DNA of 45,969 bases, from IMG/VR virus record IMGVR_UViG_3300048861_000020, positions 1 to 45,969 of that record. One strand, written 5' to 3'. Every line of letters starts with the position of its first letter. The stretch's first letter is position 1. The DNA is from a virus. Under the pieces are notes generated by a model. The model saw only the letters and a list, made by a program, of their open reading frames with translations, was not told the DNA's origin and did not search any database. Positions 15,884-26,185 of the stretch are shown piece by piece. The position numbers and the translations under genes were made by a program.

Positions 15884-16375
15884 ATGACCGCATACCTCTA
15901 TCGCCTGCCCAGCGGCTTCGCAGGCATGATCACCCGCGTTGACCCGAGCGACACGGAAGCGCAGATCATCGACAGCACGACGCCCCCGACGGCGTTCGGC
16001 ATCCCCGTCAAGATGGTCAACGGCAAGATTCAGCCGCTGGCCGCAGGCGACGCCGCGACCGTGGTGTATGGCTTCCTCGTGCGCCCGTTCCCGTTCCAAG
16101 GCCAGAACATTGCGCCGGTCATCGGCTCGACGACCCCGCCGACGTCCGGCACGGGCGACATCCTTCGCCGCGGCTATATGTCGGTGAAGGTCAACGCTGG
16201 CACGGCTGCCTTCGGTGGTCCGGTCTACGCGCGCGTAGCTGCCCCGTCGGGCGCCAAGGTCATCGGCGGCATCGAAGCCGCAGCAGATGGCACCAATACC
16301 GTGATCGTCGCGAATGCTCAGTTCATGAGCGCGCCGGACGCATCCGGCAACGTCGAAATCGCCTACAACATCTAA
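15884..16375 (+). CDS. capsid decoration / cement protein (DUF2190-like)
   Basis: AAGGAG upstream, 163 aa, lies between the scaffold and major capsid genes. Confidence 0.6.
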   Translation: MTAYLYRLPSGFAGMITRVDPSDTEAQIIDSTTPPTAFGIPVKMVNGKIQPLAAGDAATVVYGFLVRPFPFQGQNIAPVIGSTTPPTSGTGDILRRGYMSVKVNAGTAAFGGPVYARVAAPSGAKVIGGIEAAADGTNTVIVANAQFMSAPDASGNVEIAYNI

Positions 16376-16388
16376 GGGGCAATCAGCA

Positions 16389-17441
16389 ATGAGCAAACTT
16401 CATCCCTCGCGCCTGGTGACTGCAGCGGCCATGGCCATCGCTGGCGCCCCGGCGATCATCCGCGCGCGCACGATGGACAGCGCGATGCAGACCTTCGACA
16501 CTGCGACCGTCGACAGCGCCGGCGCATTCCTCGTCGGCGAACTCGAACGTCTCGACCCGACGCTGCACGCGCCGCTCGCCTCGTTCACGTGGTCGCGCGA
16601 CATCGACCTGCGTGAAGACATCACGCTCGCCGACGACTTCTCGTCGTTCACGCGCACCGAATTCGCGGCTCCGGACGGCACCGCCGTCTCGAAGAAGTCG
16701 TGGATCGGCAAGACCACGACCGCGCTCACGGGCGTAGGCGTGGACAACGCCAAGATCCCGACGCCCGTTACCCCGTGGGGTATGGAGCTCGGCTGGTCGA
16801 TGTTCGAACTGGCGTCGTCGATGCAAGTCGGCCGCCCGATCGACACCGACAAAGTCACGGCGATGAACTGGAAGTACAACTTCGACGTCGACGAACAGGT
16901 CTACATGGGCGACGCTGGCCTCGGTCAGTATGGTCTGCTCAATTCGCCGCTCGTCACGCCGACGAACGTGCCGAATGGTGCCAGCGGTTCGCCGCTGTGG
17001 GCCAGCAAGACGCCCGACGAAATTCTGGGCGACGTCAACTCGACGCTGACCGGCGCATGGGCCGCATCCGGCTATGCTTACGTGCCGACGCGCCTGCTCG
17101 TTCCGCCGACCGCATTCGCGAACCTCGTGTCGACGAAGGTCAGCACGGCCGGCAACGTCAGCATCCTCGAGTTCCTGAAGGCCAACTCGATCGCGATGGC
17201 GAACAACGGCACGCCGCTCGAAATCCTGCCGGTGAAGTGGCTGGAGACGGCTGGCGTCGGCGGCACGCGCCGCATGGTGGCGTACACGAAGCAGCGCGAC
17301 AAGGTTCGCTTCCCGCTCGTGCCGCTGCAGCGCACGCCTCTGCAGTTCCGCGGCATCCATCAGTACGTCTCTTACTACGGCCGCCTCGGCGCCGTGGAAG
17401 TGGTGTATCCCGAGCTGATCGCTTACCGCGACGGCATCTAA
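16389..17441 (+). CDS. major capsid protein (DUF2184-like, HK97 fold class)
   Basis: 350 aa, high GC3. Position and the co-occurrence DUF2213 / decoration protein / capsid. Confidence 0.8.
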   Translation: MSKLHPSRLVTAAAMAIAGAPAIIRARTMDSAMQTFDTATVDSAGAFLVGELERLDPTLHAPLASFTWSRDIDLREDITLADDFSSFTRTEFAAPDGTAVSKKSWIGKTTTALTGVGVDNAKIPTPVTPWGMELGWSMFELASSMQVGRPIDTDKVTAMNWKYNFDVDEQVYMGDAGLGQYGLLNSPLVTPTNVPNGASGSPLWASKTPDEILGDVNSTLTGAWAASGYAYVPTRLLVPPTAFANLVSTKVSTAGNVSILEFLKANSIAMANNGTPLEILPVKWLETAGVGGTRRMVAYTKQRDKVRFPLVPLQRTPLQFRGIHQYVSYYGRLGAVEVVYPELIAYRDGI

Positions 17442-17451
17442 GGAGGCAGTC

Positions 17452-17703
17452 ATGGCGAAGGTAATTGCGAAGAAGTCGTTCCGCCTCACGCGTGACGACG
17501 GCTCGACCGTCGATTACGCGGCCGGTGATACGATCGCCAAGGAAGACGCGGAACACTGGTTCACGAAGGCGCATCTCGACGATGCACTAGCCGACGATGA
17601 CCAGGCGAACCGCATCGATGAAGCCGCTGCTGCCGATGTGCAGAAGCAAGCAGAAGCCGCCACCAAAGCGGGCGAAACTGTCCGCGCACCGACGAAAGGC
17701 TAA
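17452..17703 (+). CDS. hypothetical head-associated protein (83 aa)
   Basis: ORF track, GGAGG upstream. Confidence 0.65.
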   Translation: MAKVIAKKSFRLTRDDGSTVDYAAGDTIAKEDAEHWFTKAHLDDALADDDQANRIDEAAAADVQKQAEAATKAGETVRAPTKG

Positions 17704-18086
17704 TGACACCCGATCAGTTCCGCGCAGACTTCCCGGAGTTCGCCAACACGACGAAGTATTCCGAATCGATGGTCAATCTTTGGCTGACGGTCTCGACTTC
17801 GCTCGTCAATAGCGCGCGCTGGGAAGAACTGACGGACATCGGCATCGAGCTTTTGACCGCGCACCATCTGACCATCGCCTCGCGCGATGAAACGGTGGCG
17901 GCGGCCGGCGGTGCTGGAGGCGGTATCTCGGGCCCGGTTTCATCGAAGAGCGTCGATAAAGTCAGCGTGAGCTATAACACCTCGGCCACGATGTACGAAG
18001 GCGAGGCGTTCTTCAACATGACCGGGTACGGCATTCGTTACCTCAGCCTGGCTCGCATGTTCGGGGCCGGCGGCGTTCAGCTTTGA
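17703..18086 (+). CDS. head-tail connector protein (DUF4054-like)
   Basis: MTPDQFRADFPEFANTTKYSESMVNLWL is a typical N-terminus for this family. TAATG overlap with the preceding gene. Confidence 0.65.
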   Translation: MTPDQFRADFPEFANTTKYSESMVNLWLTVSTSLVNSARWEELTDIGIELLTAHHLTIASRDETVAAAGGAGGGISGPVSSKSVDKVSVSYNTSATMYEGEAFFNMTGYGIRYLSLARMFGAGGVQL

Positions 18087-18089
18087 GCC

Positions 18090-18569
18090 ATGCCCGTCAA
18101 GATCACTGCGGACCGGATGGCCGACGTCATCAAGGCCATCAACGAGCTTGGCGCGAAGGATGTGCTGATCGGCGTGCCGGACAGTAGCACCGAGCGGCAG
18201 TCGGGAGACCCCGCGACCAATGCGCTGATCGGGTACGTGCAGGAATTCGGCTCACCGGCGAATAACATCCCGGCGCGGCCGTTCCTCATTCCTGGCGTGC
18301 GCGACATTCAGAAGCCGGCGGCTGATCGGCTGAAGGTGGCCGCACAGCGCGCGCTGTCGGGCGATCTCTCGCAGGCTGAGCGGCAGTTGCACGCGGCCGG
18401 CATGATGGGTCAAAACTCCGCGCGCGCGAAGATCAACAGCAACATCCAGCCGAAGCTATCCGAGCGCACCCTCGCGGCGCGCGCGGCGCGCGGCGTCACG
18501 CGCACGAATACGCTCGTCGACACCGGGCAGCTCCGCAACTCGATCACGTACGTCATTCGTAAGAAATAG
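18090..18569 (+). CDS. HK97 gp10-like head-tail joining protein
   Basis: GYVQEFGSPANNIPARPFLIPG motif. Position. Confidence 0.6.
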   Translation: MPVKITADRMADVIKAINELGAKDVLIGVPDSSTERQSGDPATNALIGYVQEFGSPANNIPARPFLIPGVRDIQKPAADRLKVAAQRALSGDLSQAERQLHAAGMMGQNSARAKINSNIQPKLSERTLAARAARGVTRTNTLVDTGQLRNSITYVIRKK

Positions 18570-18571
18570 CC

Positions 18572-18943
18572 ATGCCCCTACTCGATGTCAGCGACGTCCT
18601 GTTCGATCCGGACTTCGCGGATTCGCTCGTCTGCATTCGGCAGACGCAGACCGTAGGAAGCGATGGCATCGCGACGAACGCGACGCAGTCTGTCCCGTTT
18701 GTCGGTGTCGTAACGGCTGACCGCAGCAAGGAGCTCGCGCGGCTCGCTGCCGGCTCCCATGTCTCTGGTTCGATCCTCATCCATACGGTGTTTCGCCTAA
18801 CCAGCGGCGGCCCGAATGGTGTTGACTCGGATCACGTAGTCTGGAACGGCGACGAGTACATTGTGACGAGCATCAACGATTATTCGCGGTATGGCGCGGG
18901 CTTCGTCTGCGCAAGTTGCGACCTCTTGCCTCTCTCGGGCTGA
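18572..18943 (+). CDS. neck / tail-completion protein (hypothetical)
   Basis: ORF track. Position in the connector block. Confidence 0.6.
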   Translation: MPLLDVSDVLFDPDFADSLVCIRQTQTVGSDGIATNATQSVPFVGVVTADRSKELARLAAGSHVSGSILIHTVFRLTSGGPNGVDSDHVVWNGDEYIVTSINDYSRYGAGFVCASCDLLPLSG

Positions 18944-18948
18944 TCCAC

Positions 18949-19584
18949 ATGGCGAACGATTCTTCGACTGGCGGCTATCTAGCGCCGGTAGACGCGCAAC
19001 CGCCTCCAGAAGACGCGGCGCTTGATGCCATCTTCCAGACGATGGTCGCGGGCATCACCGGCATTCCCGGATCGCTCGTGCGGCCGCGCTGGCAGCCGGT
19101 GGTGCCCAAGCAGCCGGAAGCGAACGTCAACTGGTGCGCGCTGAGCGTGTCCAGTCAAACGATGGATGCGGGCCCGGCGATCATGCACCAGTCGTCGTAT
19201 TTTCAGGACGTCGTGGCGAGCGACGGCAGCCCGGTGACGACCGCCGACGGATCGGCCGCCGATGCGGTCAACTTGAACGGGCGCGACGTAATGCTTCGGC
19301 ACGAGGACATCGAAGTCCTGTGTTCGTTCTACGGACCGAACGCCAAGGGCTTCGCGCATCAACTCGTCGACGGGCTGTACGTCGCTCAGAACAACGAGCA
19401 GATCAAAGCGCTCGACATGGCATTCACCGGCACGAGCGACGTGCGCGCGGCTCCGGACATGGTCAATGAGCAGTGGATTCGCCGTTACGACCTGACGCTG
19501 CACTTCCGGCGCAAGGTCACGCGCACGTATGCAGTTTTGAACCTCTTGTCGGCTGATGTCGACTATCACAGCGACAACCCTTAA
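18949..19584 (+). CDS. neck / sheath-terminator-like protein (hypothetical)
   Basis: ATG at 18949 follows the previous stop. The track ORF begins earlier at an alternative start. Confidence 0.6.
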   Translation: MANDSSTGGYLAPVDAQPPPEDAALDAIFQTMVAGITGIPGSLVRPRWQPVVPKQPEANVNWCALSVSSQTMDAGPAIMHQSSYFQDVVASDGSPVTTADGSAADAVNLNGRDVMLRHEDIEVLCSFYGPNAKGFAHQLVDGLYVAQNNEQIKALDMAFTGTSDVRAAPDMVNEQWIRRYDLTLHFRRKVTRTYAVLNLLSADVDYHSDNP

Positions 19585-19605
19585 CCGGATCGCGGAGAAA
19601 TATTC

Positions 19606-21087
19606 ATGTCCCAAGGACTTTCCGTTAGCGACGTCGTCAACGTGTCGATCGTCATGACGCCGACCGCGGCCGCTGTCCGGAACTTCGGCGCGCTGCTGGT
19701 GCTCGGTTCGTCGTCGGTCATCGACACGAACGAGCGCATCCGTTCGTACACGACGCTCTCGGCAGTGGCGAACGATTTCGGCACGACCGCGCCAGAGTAT
19801 CTGGCGGCGGTGAACTTCTTCTCGCAGTCGCCGCAGCCGGCACTGCTCTATCTCGGCCGGTGGGCGCAGACGGCATCGTCCGGCGTGCTGCACGGCGCGC
19901 GCCTCTCGACGTCGCAACAGGCGATCGCGAACTTCCAGGCGATCACGAACGGCGGCTTCAACATCACGATCGACGGCACGGTTAAGAACGTTACCGGCCT
20001 GAACTTCTCGGGCGCGGCGAACCTGAACGCAGTGGCTGCGATCATCGCGAGTGCGCTGTCGACGGCGAACGTGATCTGGGGCGCGAATAACCAGCGCTTC
20101 GACATCGTCAGCAAGACGACCGGCGCGACGTCCACCGTCAGCTATGCGTCGGCCGGCACCGGCACCGACGTCTCGACGCTGCTCGGCCTGACCGCTGCTT
20201 CGGGCGCATCCGCTCCGGTTCCCGGCATCCCGGCCGAGACGCTGCTGTCCGCTGTCACGCAGATGGCGAACATCTCGACCGACTGGTACGGCCTCGCCAT
20301 TGCAGCAATCGGTCTTGCCGATGCGGACCAGATCGCGGTCGCCGCGTTCATCGAAGCGGCCAGCCCGTCGCGCATCTTCGGCATCACGACGCAGGCATCG
20401 GCCACGCTCGACCCGACGTCGACGACCGATCTCGCCTACGTGCTGTCGGCGGCCAAGTATCGCCGCACCTTCACGCAATACTCGACGTCCAGCCCCTACG
20501 CGGTCACGTCGATGTACGGCCGCGCGTTCACGGTGGATTTCACCGGCAACCGCACGACCATCACGCTGAAGTTCAAGCAGGAGCCCGGCATCACGGCGGA
20601 AACGCTCACCGAGACGCAGGCGGCCACGCTGAAGGCGAAGAAGTGCAACGTCTTCGTGAACTACAACAACTCGACGGCCATCATTCAGGAAGGCCAGATG
20701 ACGGACGGCTCGTTCTTCGACGAGGTGCACGGTCTGGACTATCTGCAAAACGACGTGCAGACGGCGGTCTACAACCTGCTCTACACCAGCCCGACGAAGG
20801 TGCCGCAAACCGATGCGGGCGCGAACCTGATCGCCACGACCATCAGCGCGCGGCTCGCGCAGGGTGTGACCAATGGCCTGATCGCTCCCGGCGTGTGGAA
20901 CTCGGCGGGCTTCGGCGCGCTGACGCAGGGCGACACGCTGGACAAGGGCTACTACGTCTATACGCCGCCGGTGTCGAGCCAGGCGCAAGCGGATCGCGAG
21001 GCGCGCAAGGCGGTCACGAACCAATGCGCGATCAAGCTGGCGGGCGCCGTGCATTCGGCCAACGTCATCATCAACGTCAATCGTTAA
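19606..21087 (+). CDS. tail sheath protein (DUF3383-like)
   Basis: 493 aa, immediately upstream of the tube gene. N-terminus [28 protein letters not shown]. Confidence 0.8.
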   Translation: MSQGLSVSDVVNVSIVMTPTAAAVRNFGALLVLGSSSVIDTNERIRSYTTLSAVANDFGTTAPEYLAAVNFFSQSPQPALLYLGRWAQTASSGVLHGARLSTSQQAIANFQAITNGGFNITIDGTVKNVTGLNFSGAANLNAVAAIIASALSTANVIWGANNQRFDIVSKTTGATSTVSYASAGTGTDVSTLLGLTAASGASAPVPGIPAETLLSAVTQMANISTDWYGLAIAAIGLADADQIAVAAFIEAASPSRIFGITTQASATLDPTSTTDLAYVLSAAKYRRTFTQYSTSSPYAVTSMYGRAFTVDFTGNRTTITLKFKQEPGITAETLTETQAATLKAKKCNVFVNYNNSTAIIQEGQMTDGSFFDEVHGLDYLQNDVQTAVYNLLYTSPTKVPQTDAGANLIATTISARLAQGVTNGLIAPGVWNSAGFGALTQGDTLDKGYYVYTPPVSSQAQADREARKAVTNQCAIKLAGAVHSANVIINVNR

Positions 21088-21099
21088 TCGGAGCCCTGA

Positions 21100-21540
21100 A
21101 TGGCTGCATACAGTTTTATGGACGTGCAGGCGTCCATCACGGGGCCGGGCGGCTCGTTTCAGCTGGGCTACGGTCAAGCGAACGCCGAGGAAGGCATCAC
21201 GATCCAGCGCGCGGGCGACAAGAACACGATGACGATCGGCGCAGACGGCGAAGGCATGCACAGCCTGCACGCCGACAAGTCCGGCACCATCACGCTGCGC
21301 TACCTGAAGACCGCGCCGATCAATCAGAAGCTGATGGCGCTAGCGACGGCGCAGCAGATGAGTTCCGCGCTCTGGGGGCAAAACGTGATCACGGTAGTTC
21401 AGTCCTCCGCGGCTGACGTGACCACGGCCCAAGCTTGTGCCTTCAAAAAAATCCCCGATCTGAATTACAAGAAGGATGGCGACGTCGTCGAATGGGTATT
21501 CGATGCCCTGAGAATCGACTCTGTTCTCGGAAGGTACTGA
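21100..21540 (+). CDS. tail tube protein (DUF3277-like)
   Basis: 146 aa, follows the sheath gene. Confidence 0.75.
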   Translation: MAAYSFMDVQASITGPGGSFQLGYGQANAEEGITIQRAGDKNTMTIGADGEGMHSLHADKSGTITLRYLKTAPINQKLMALATAQQMSSALWGQNVITVVQSSAADVTTAQACAFKKIPDLNYKKDGDVVEWVFDALRIDSVLGRY

Positions 21541-21542
21541 GA

Positions 21543-21938
21543 ATGACGGAAATCGAAATCAAGGGTGTGAACTACCGGTGCGGCCGCATGGACGCTAAGA
21601 AACAGTTCCACGTCGCGCGACGCTTGGCGCCGCTGCTTGCCGGTCTCGGCGGTGCCATCAAGGGTGACGCTGCGGGGTTCACTGAACTCATCAGCCCGAT
21701 CGCCGATGCTTTGTCGAAGATGTCCGACAAGGATACGGATTACGTCATCGATACGTGCCTTCTCGTTGTTCAGCGCAGGCAGGGCGATGCGTGGCAGAGC
21801 GTCACGGCACGAGACGGGAGCCTGATGTTTGACGACATCGATCTCCCGGCGCTTCTTCAATTGACCGTGGCAGTAATCCAGCAAAACCTCGGCAGTTTTT
21901 TTCCCGCAGGGCCGTCGACTTCGACCGCGGCGGCCTGA
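21543..21938 (+). CDS. tail assembly chaperone (G analogue)
   Basis: 131 aa between the tube and tape-measure genes. Contains the slippery run near its 3' end. Confidence 0.8.
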   Translation: MTEIEIKGVNYRCGRMDAKKQFHVARRLAPLLAGLGGAIKGDAAGFTELISPIADALSKMSDKDTDYVIDTCLLVVQRRQGDAWQSVTARDGSLMFDDIDLPALLQLTVAVIQQNLGSFFPAGPSTSTAAA

Positions 21939-22141
21939 GCGGGGTCGACTTTGTTTCCATGCCGGACGAGACTGACTGGCTGTATCGGCCAATGACTGAG
22001 CACTTCTGCAAGTACGAGTCACTTATAGACGGCACGTTGGACCTCGCAGATATAGCTGAGATGAACGACATCATCTCGGTCCGCGACGAGAATCAGGCGC
22101 GCGTGCGGGCATACATGGATAGACGAAGCGATGAACGATGA
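21543..22141 (+). CDS. chaperone frameshift fusion product (G-T analogue, about 199 aa; join 21543..21902, 21902..22141)
   Basis: Conserved position between the tube and tape-measure genes. The heptanucleotide lies 12 codons before the zero-frame stop. The downstream ORF ends inside the tape-measure start region. Confidence 0.65.
21896..21902 (+). promoter_or_regulatory. -1 programmed ribosomal frameshift site T_TTT_TTT
   Basis: Zero-frame codons are AGT TTT TTT CCC. The -1 frame is open from 21902 through ATG 21959 to the stop at 22141. Confidence 0.7.
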
Positions 22142-23819
22142 AGTCATCAGGAGTTTCCTAGTCTCAATCGGGTACAAAACCGACGAGACAAGCCTTAGGA
22201 AATTCACGCTATCGCTCGAGTCCGTCACTAAGAAAGTGATGGAATTGGGCACGATAGTCGCCGCTACAGCGACGGCTGTCGTTGCCGGTGTGAAAATCAT
22301 CTCGGGAGAGATGGAGCGGCTGTATTACGCGTCGCAACGCACGGGCGAGACGGTCGGCAACATCATGTCGTTGAGGTATGCCGCCGGCCAGATTGGCCTA
22401 ACGGCAGACCAGGCGCAAGCGTCGCTGGAAGGGTTCACGCGCACGCTTCGCCTCAACCCTGGCATGAACGGGCTGCTGGCTCAGTTGGGCGTTACGGGAA
22501 ACAGCCCGCTTGAGCAGTTCGAGAGCTTCATCGGCAAGCTCAAGCAGATGAAGCCGTACATCGCAGCGCAATACGCCGCGCTGTTCGGTATCGATCCCGA
22601 TACGCTGCTGATGCTTGAAGACGGCCTCCCCAAGCTTGAGGCCGAGCAAGAACGCTATCGGAAGAAACTTGCTGCCTTTGGCATTGATCCAGAACAAGCA
22701 GCCGTTGCCGGTCGTGATTTTGACAATGCGATCCGCCAAGTAAAGGATACGGTCAACGATCTGTGGATTGTCATTCAGTCGCGTCTTGCGCCCGTACTGA
22801 CGCCCCTCATAGACCAGTTTGAACGGTGGACTGAAACACACGCTGGCGAGATCGCTCAAGGCATTTCGGATGCAGTTAAAAGCCTTGCGAACTGGATCCA
22901 GAGCGTCAACTGGTCAAAGGTCGGCGACGATCTACATAGCGTCTTCGAAGCGCTCGGGGGCATCAAAGGAATATTGATCGGCATGGCAGCGATCGCGCTG
23001 ACTCCGTTGATTACCAGCGTTCTCGGTCTCGCTGCTGCGATATTGAAGCTCGGTGCTGCCGCTTCTGGCGCTGGTCTCGCGACGCTTGCTCGTGTCCTCG
23101 GTCCTATTGCTTTGTTGTTCCACAGCGGCAATTTGAACGAAGGCGAGGATGCCGACATCGCGCGGCGGCAAGCTCTCGCGGCAGGAGTGGACCCCACCGC
23201 GATCGACTGGAACGGCCCGATTAATCGTAGCAGCGCGGCAAATAACGGCGGGTTCGTTCCCGACGGGTCCATCGTCGAAGAGCCGTCTCCGACGAAACGC
23301 GCGCCGCGCGGCATCCGCAACAACAACCCCGGAAACATCGAGTACGGCCAGTTCACCCGCAGCATGGGGGCCACCGGTACTGACGGACGCTTCGCGGTCT
23401 TCCGCAACATGGAAGACGGAATTCGGGCGGCTGTTGCACTATTGCAGTCGTACGCCGCAAAGGGAATTGACACCGTTCAGTCGATCATCAGCAAATGGGC
23501 TCCTTCCAAAGAAAACAATACGAAGGCGTATATCGACTCGGTCGCAAAACAGTTGGGCGTCTCACCGGATGCACATTTGAATGTCGACCAGCTGTCTGAG
23601 GTCGCAAATGCGATCTTCAAGCACGAAAACGGCTCGTCTTTTGGCAAGCTTGGTGTGAACGCTGTTCCGGCGACCTCGAAGTCCGTAACGGTAAGCCAGA
23701 AGACGGACGTGCATGTTCACGGCTCTCCTGATCCATCCGGGACGGGCCGGGCCGTCGCCAGTGAGCAAACACGGGTCAATGCCGATCTTGTGCGCAACAT
23801 GACAGGAGCATTCGCGTGA
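22131..23819 (+). CDS. tape measure protein with a C-terminal globular domain (RGIRNNNPGNIEYG motif)
   Basis: 562 aa. Helical N-terminal half, hydrophobic Gly/Ala segment (LIGMAAIALTPLITSVLGLAAAILKLGAAASGAGL), position after the chaperones. Confidence 0.85.
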   Translation: MNDEVIRSFLVSIGYKTDETSLRKFTLSLESVTKKVMELGTIVAATATAVVAGVKIISGEMERLYYASQRTGETVGNIMSLRYAAGQIGLTADQAQASLEGFTRTLRLNPGMNGLLAQLGVTGNSPLEQFESFIGKLKQMKPYIAAQYAALFGIDPDTLLMLEDGLPKLEAEQERYRKKLAAFGIDPEQAAVAGRDFDNAIRQVKDTVNDLWIVIQSRLAPVLTPLIDQFERWTETHAGEIAQGISDAVKSLANWIQSVNWSKVGDDLHSVFEALGGIKGILIGMAAIALTPLITSVLGLAAAILKLGAAASGAGLATLARVLGPIALLFHSGNLNEGEDADIARRQALAAGVDPTAIDWNGPINRSSAANNGGFVPDGSIVEEPSPTKRAPRGIRNNNPGNIEYGQFTRSMGATGTDGRFAVFRNMEDGIRAAVALLQSYAAKGIDTVQSIISKWAPSKENNTKAYIDSVAKQLGVSPDAHLNVDQLSEVANAIFKHENGSSFGKLGVNAVPATSKSVTVSQKTDVHVHGSPDPSGTGRAVASEQTRVNADLVRNMTGAFA

Positions 23820-24499
23820 GCAATCTTGGCTTTGTCGAAGCCGGTGCGCTGCTCGGCGTCCAGATGCTGGCCATCAAGCCTGACCGGCGGTTTGTTGCTC
23901 AGGATGGGGGGTCTTCGATTGTCGCTCACGCCACCATCGAAGAAGTCCATCAGGACGAGATGGAAATAACCGAGCACCCTGTCGAACAGGGGACTACGAT
24001 CTCTGACCACGCGTTCGTCAGGCCTGCCGAGCTGATCATCACGGCTGGCTGGACGAACAGCTCCAATGAAACAAGCGTGATTGGGGCTGTTGCAGGTTTC
24101 GCGACGGCGGAAAGTAGCGCGGCCCGCGCGCTGATAGGTGCTGCGGAGTTTGCAAGCGGTGTGCTGACGCTCTTAAGCGGAGGCGTCTCGCCAGTACAGC
24201 AGGCATACGACAATCTTCTTGCTGCGTATCAAGCGCGGACCCTTTTCACGGTGTACACCGGGAAACGGCCGTATAAGAACATGCTTATCAAATCCTTGTC
24301 CACAACCACGGACAAGCGAAATGAGAACGCTATGTTAGTGCGAATCGTCATGCGGCAGATTTTGATGGTTCAGACGCAGACGGTCACGGTTCCAGACCCA
24401 AGCAACATGTCGGACCCAGCTAGAACTGCATCGCCGGAAGAAGGTGCAACCGCTTATCCTGTGCCCGCGCCGAACATAAACGTGACGGCACTACCATGA
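23816..24499 (+). CDS. baseplate/tail protein (hypothetical)
   Basis: GTGA-coupled to the tape-measure stop. 227 aa. Confidence 0.65.
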   Translation: MSNLGFVEAGALLGVQMLAIKPDRRFVAQDGGSSIVAHATIEEVHQDEMEITEHPVEQGTTISDHAFVRPAELIITAGWTNSSNETSVIGAVAGFATAESSAARALIGAAEFASGVLTLLSGGVSPVQQAYDNLLAAYQARTLFTVYTGKRPYKNMLIKSLSTTTDKRNENAMLVRIVMRQILMVQTQTVTVPDPSNMSDPARTASPEEGATAYPVPAPNINVTALP

Positions 24500-24804
24500 C
24501 ATCATATGAGATCCCTCTGTCGCCAAAACCGCAGGCGTTCAGCATCGCGTTAGGAGGCATCACCTACAAGATGACGTTACGCTGGAACGTACCGGCGAGC
24601 GCATGGATGCTGGACATCGCGGATGCCACTGGCGACCTCATGGTCGGAAGCATCCCGCTGGTGACTGGCGTCGATCTGTTGGCGCAATATGCTTACCTTG
24701 GCTTCACGGGGAAGCTTGTCGTGCAAACAGACAACGATTCGAATGCTGTCCCGACGTTCGATAATCTGGGCACGACTAGTCACCTTTATTTCATCACGTC
24801 ATGA
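24496..24804 (+). CDS. small baseplate protein (hypothetical)
   Basis: ATGA coupling at both ends. 102 aa. Confidence 0.65.
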   Translation: MTSYEIPLSPKPQAFSIALGGITYKMTLRWNVPASAWMLDIADATGDLMVGSIPLVTGVDLLAQYAYLGFTGKLVVQTDNDSNAVPTFDNLGTTSHLYFITS

Positions 24805-25742
24805 GCGACCAGTTCGGCCGGAAGGCAACTCTGATTGTTTCGACGGGCTCGAACGGGCTGGACCTATCGCAGCTTCGCTTCAAGTTCGAGGTGAGGCAGG
24901 CGGATACGCAGGCTCCGAACACGCTGTACGTGCGCATCTACAATCTTGCGCCGACGACGGTAAAGGCAATCCAGGGCGAGTTCACGACGATTACGCTTCA
25001 GGCAGGCTACGAGAATGGCAACTTCGGCATCATTTTCCAAGGCACCATAAAGCAGTTCGTCCGCGGGAAAGAGCGAAATGTCGATTCGTTTCTCGACATC
25101 TGGGCTGCAGACGGCGATCAGTTTTACAACTTCGGAGTAGTCAATCAGACACTAGCCGCAGGAAGCACGCCGAAACAGATACTCGATTCGATCACGAAGC
25201 AGAATGACAATGCCCAGAAGCTGCCCTACGCGACGGACGTTAATGGCCTAGTGGGTGGTGTTCCGGCGCAAGCTCTGGCGCGCGGCAAGGTTCTTTTCGG
25301 AATGGCGCGCGACTACGCCGCTGATTGGGCGCAAAAGAATGGCTTCCGGTGGAGCATACAAAACGGTCAGGCAGTGGTTGTGCCGGTCACGGGTTATCGT
25401 CCAGGCGAAGCCGTGGTGCTGTCATCGACTACCGGCCTGATCGGCGTTCCCGAAGCGACGTCTGACGGAGTGCACGCGCGCATTCTGCTGAATCCACTAG
25501 TGCGCATCGGATGCCTCGTGCAGATAGCTCAAGCAGACATCAATACCCTCACCGTAAAGCAGCAAGGGCTTTCATACACGGGGCTGTCATCCGCAGCTCA
25601 GACCACGGCTGCCGGATTCTATCGCGTACTCGTTGCTGAGTTCATGGGCGACACACGAGGGCAAGAGTGGTATTGCGATCTGACGTGCTTGGCTGTGGAT
25701 ACAACGGCATCCGAAAACGGTTCGGTGAAGGCAGCAGGCTAG
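24801..25742 (+). CDS. baseplate hub-like protein
   Basis: 313 aa, precedes the spike gene. Hub assignment is from position and size only. Confidence 0.6.
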   Translation: MSDQFGRKATLIVSTGSNGLDLSQLRFKFEVRQADTQAPNTLYVRIYNLAPTTVKAIQGEFTTITLQAGYENGNFGIIFQGTIKQFVRGKERNVDSFLDIWAADGDQFYNFGVVNQTLAAGSTPKQILDSITKQNDNAQKLPYATDVNGLVGGVPAQALARGKVLFGMARDYAADWAQKNGFRWSIQNGQAVVVPVTGYRPGEAVVLSSTTGLIGVPEATSDGVHARILLNPLVRIGCLVQIAQADINTLTVKQQGLSYTGLSSAAQTTAAGFYRVLVAEFMGDTRGQEWYCDLTCLAVDTTASENGSVKAAG

Positions 25743-26185
25743 TATCGATCCACCATCATCGGCAGGGTTACGCCCATGAATTTCCGGCCGTCCGGAAGAC
25801 GACCTGAAACGACGGGCACCAAGTTCCCTTTCTCAACGGACAATCTCGTGCCGGCTTGGATCATGACGCACCCGTAGTCAGATGGGCGAGGCTCTGTCCC
25901 GTAGTCGTAGCCATTGATGAGTGAAGCCTGCCGCCTCAGATCAGGCGTGAGTCTCTGCCGGGCGTGGCGTGCTGAGTTGATTTGCCCGTATAGGAACTCT
26001 GTAAGGTCATACGAGCTGCACACGATCGCGCCTTCAACGAGATCTAATCCGCGTGCGGTCGCAGGAGTCTGCGCACCGGCGGCCCGCTGTGCAACGGTCG
26101 CGGGAGGAATAGTGATCTCCGGCATATCCGTCTGTGCCGCAGCAGCCGTGATCGGAATGACGAAAAGCAGTGCTGTTATTTTCAT
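25739..26185 (-). CDS. secreted protein encoded antisense to the baseplate operon (148 aa)
   Basis: ATG at 26185 follows AGGAA. Signal-peptide-like MKITALLFVIPITAAAAQ. Its stop shares the CTAG with the hub stop. The segment is visibly less GC-rich. Confidence 0.7.
   Translation of the reverse strand: MKITALLFVIPITAAAAQTDMPEITIPPATVAQRAAGAQTPATARGLDLVEGAIVCSSYDLTEFLYGQINSARHARQRLTPDLRRQASLINGYDYGTEPRPSDYGCVMIQAGTRLSVEKGNLVPVVSGRLPDGRKFMGVTLPMMVDRY

Noticed and set aside
15042-17574. Several minus-strand ORFs (283, 276, 368 and 138 aa) over the scaffold-capsid region
   Set aside because: They are shadows of strongly GC3-biased plus-strand structural genes.
18979-21270. 763-aa minus-strand ORF
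   Set aside because: It is antisense to the sheath and neck genes, has an extreme Arg/Asp/His composition and no recognisable motifs. This is a typical GC-rich shadow ORF.
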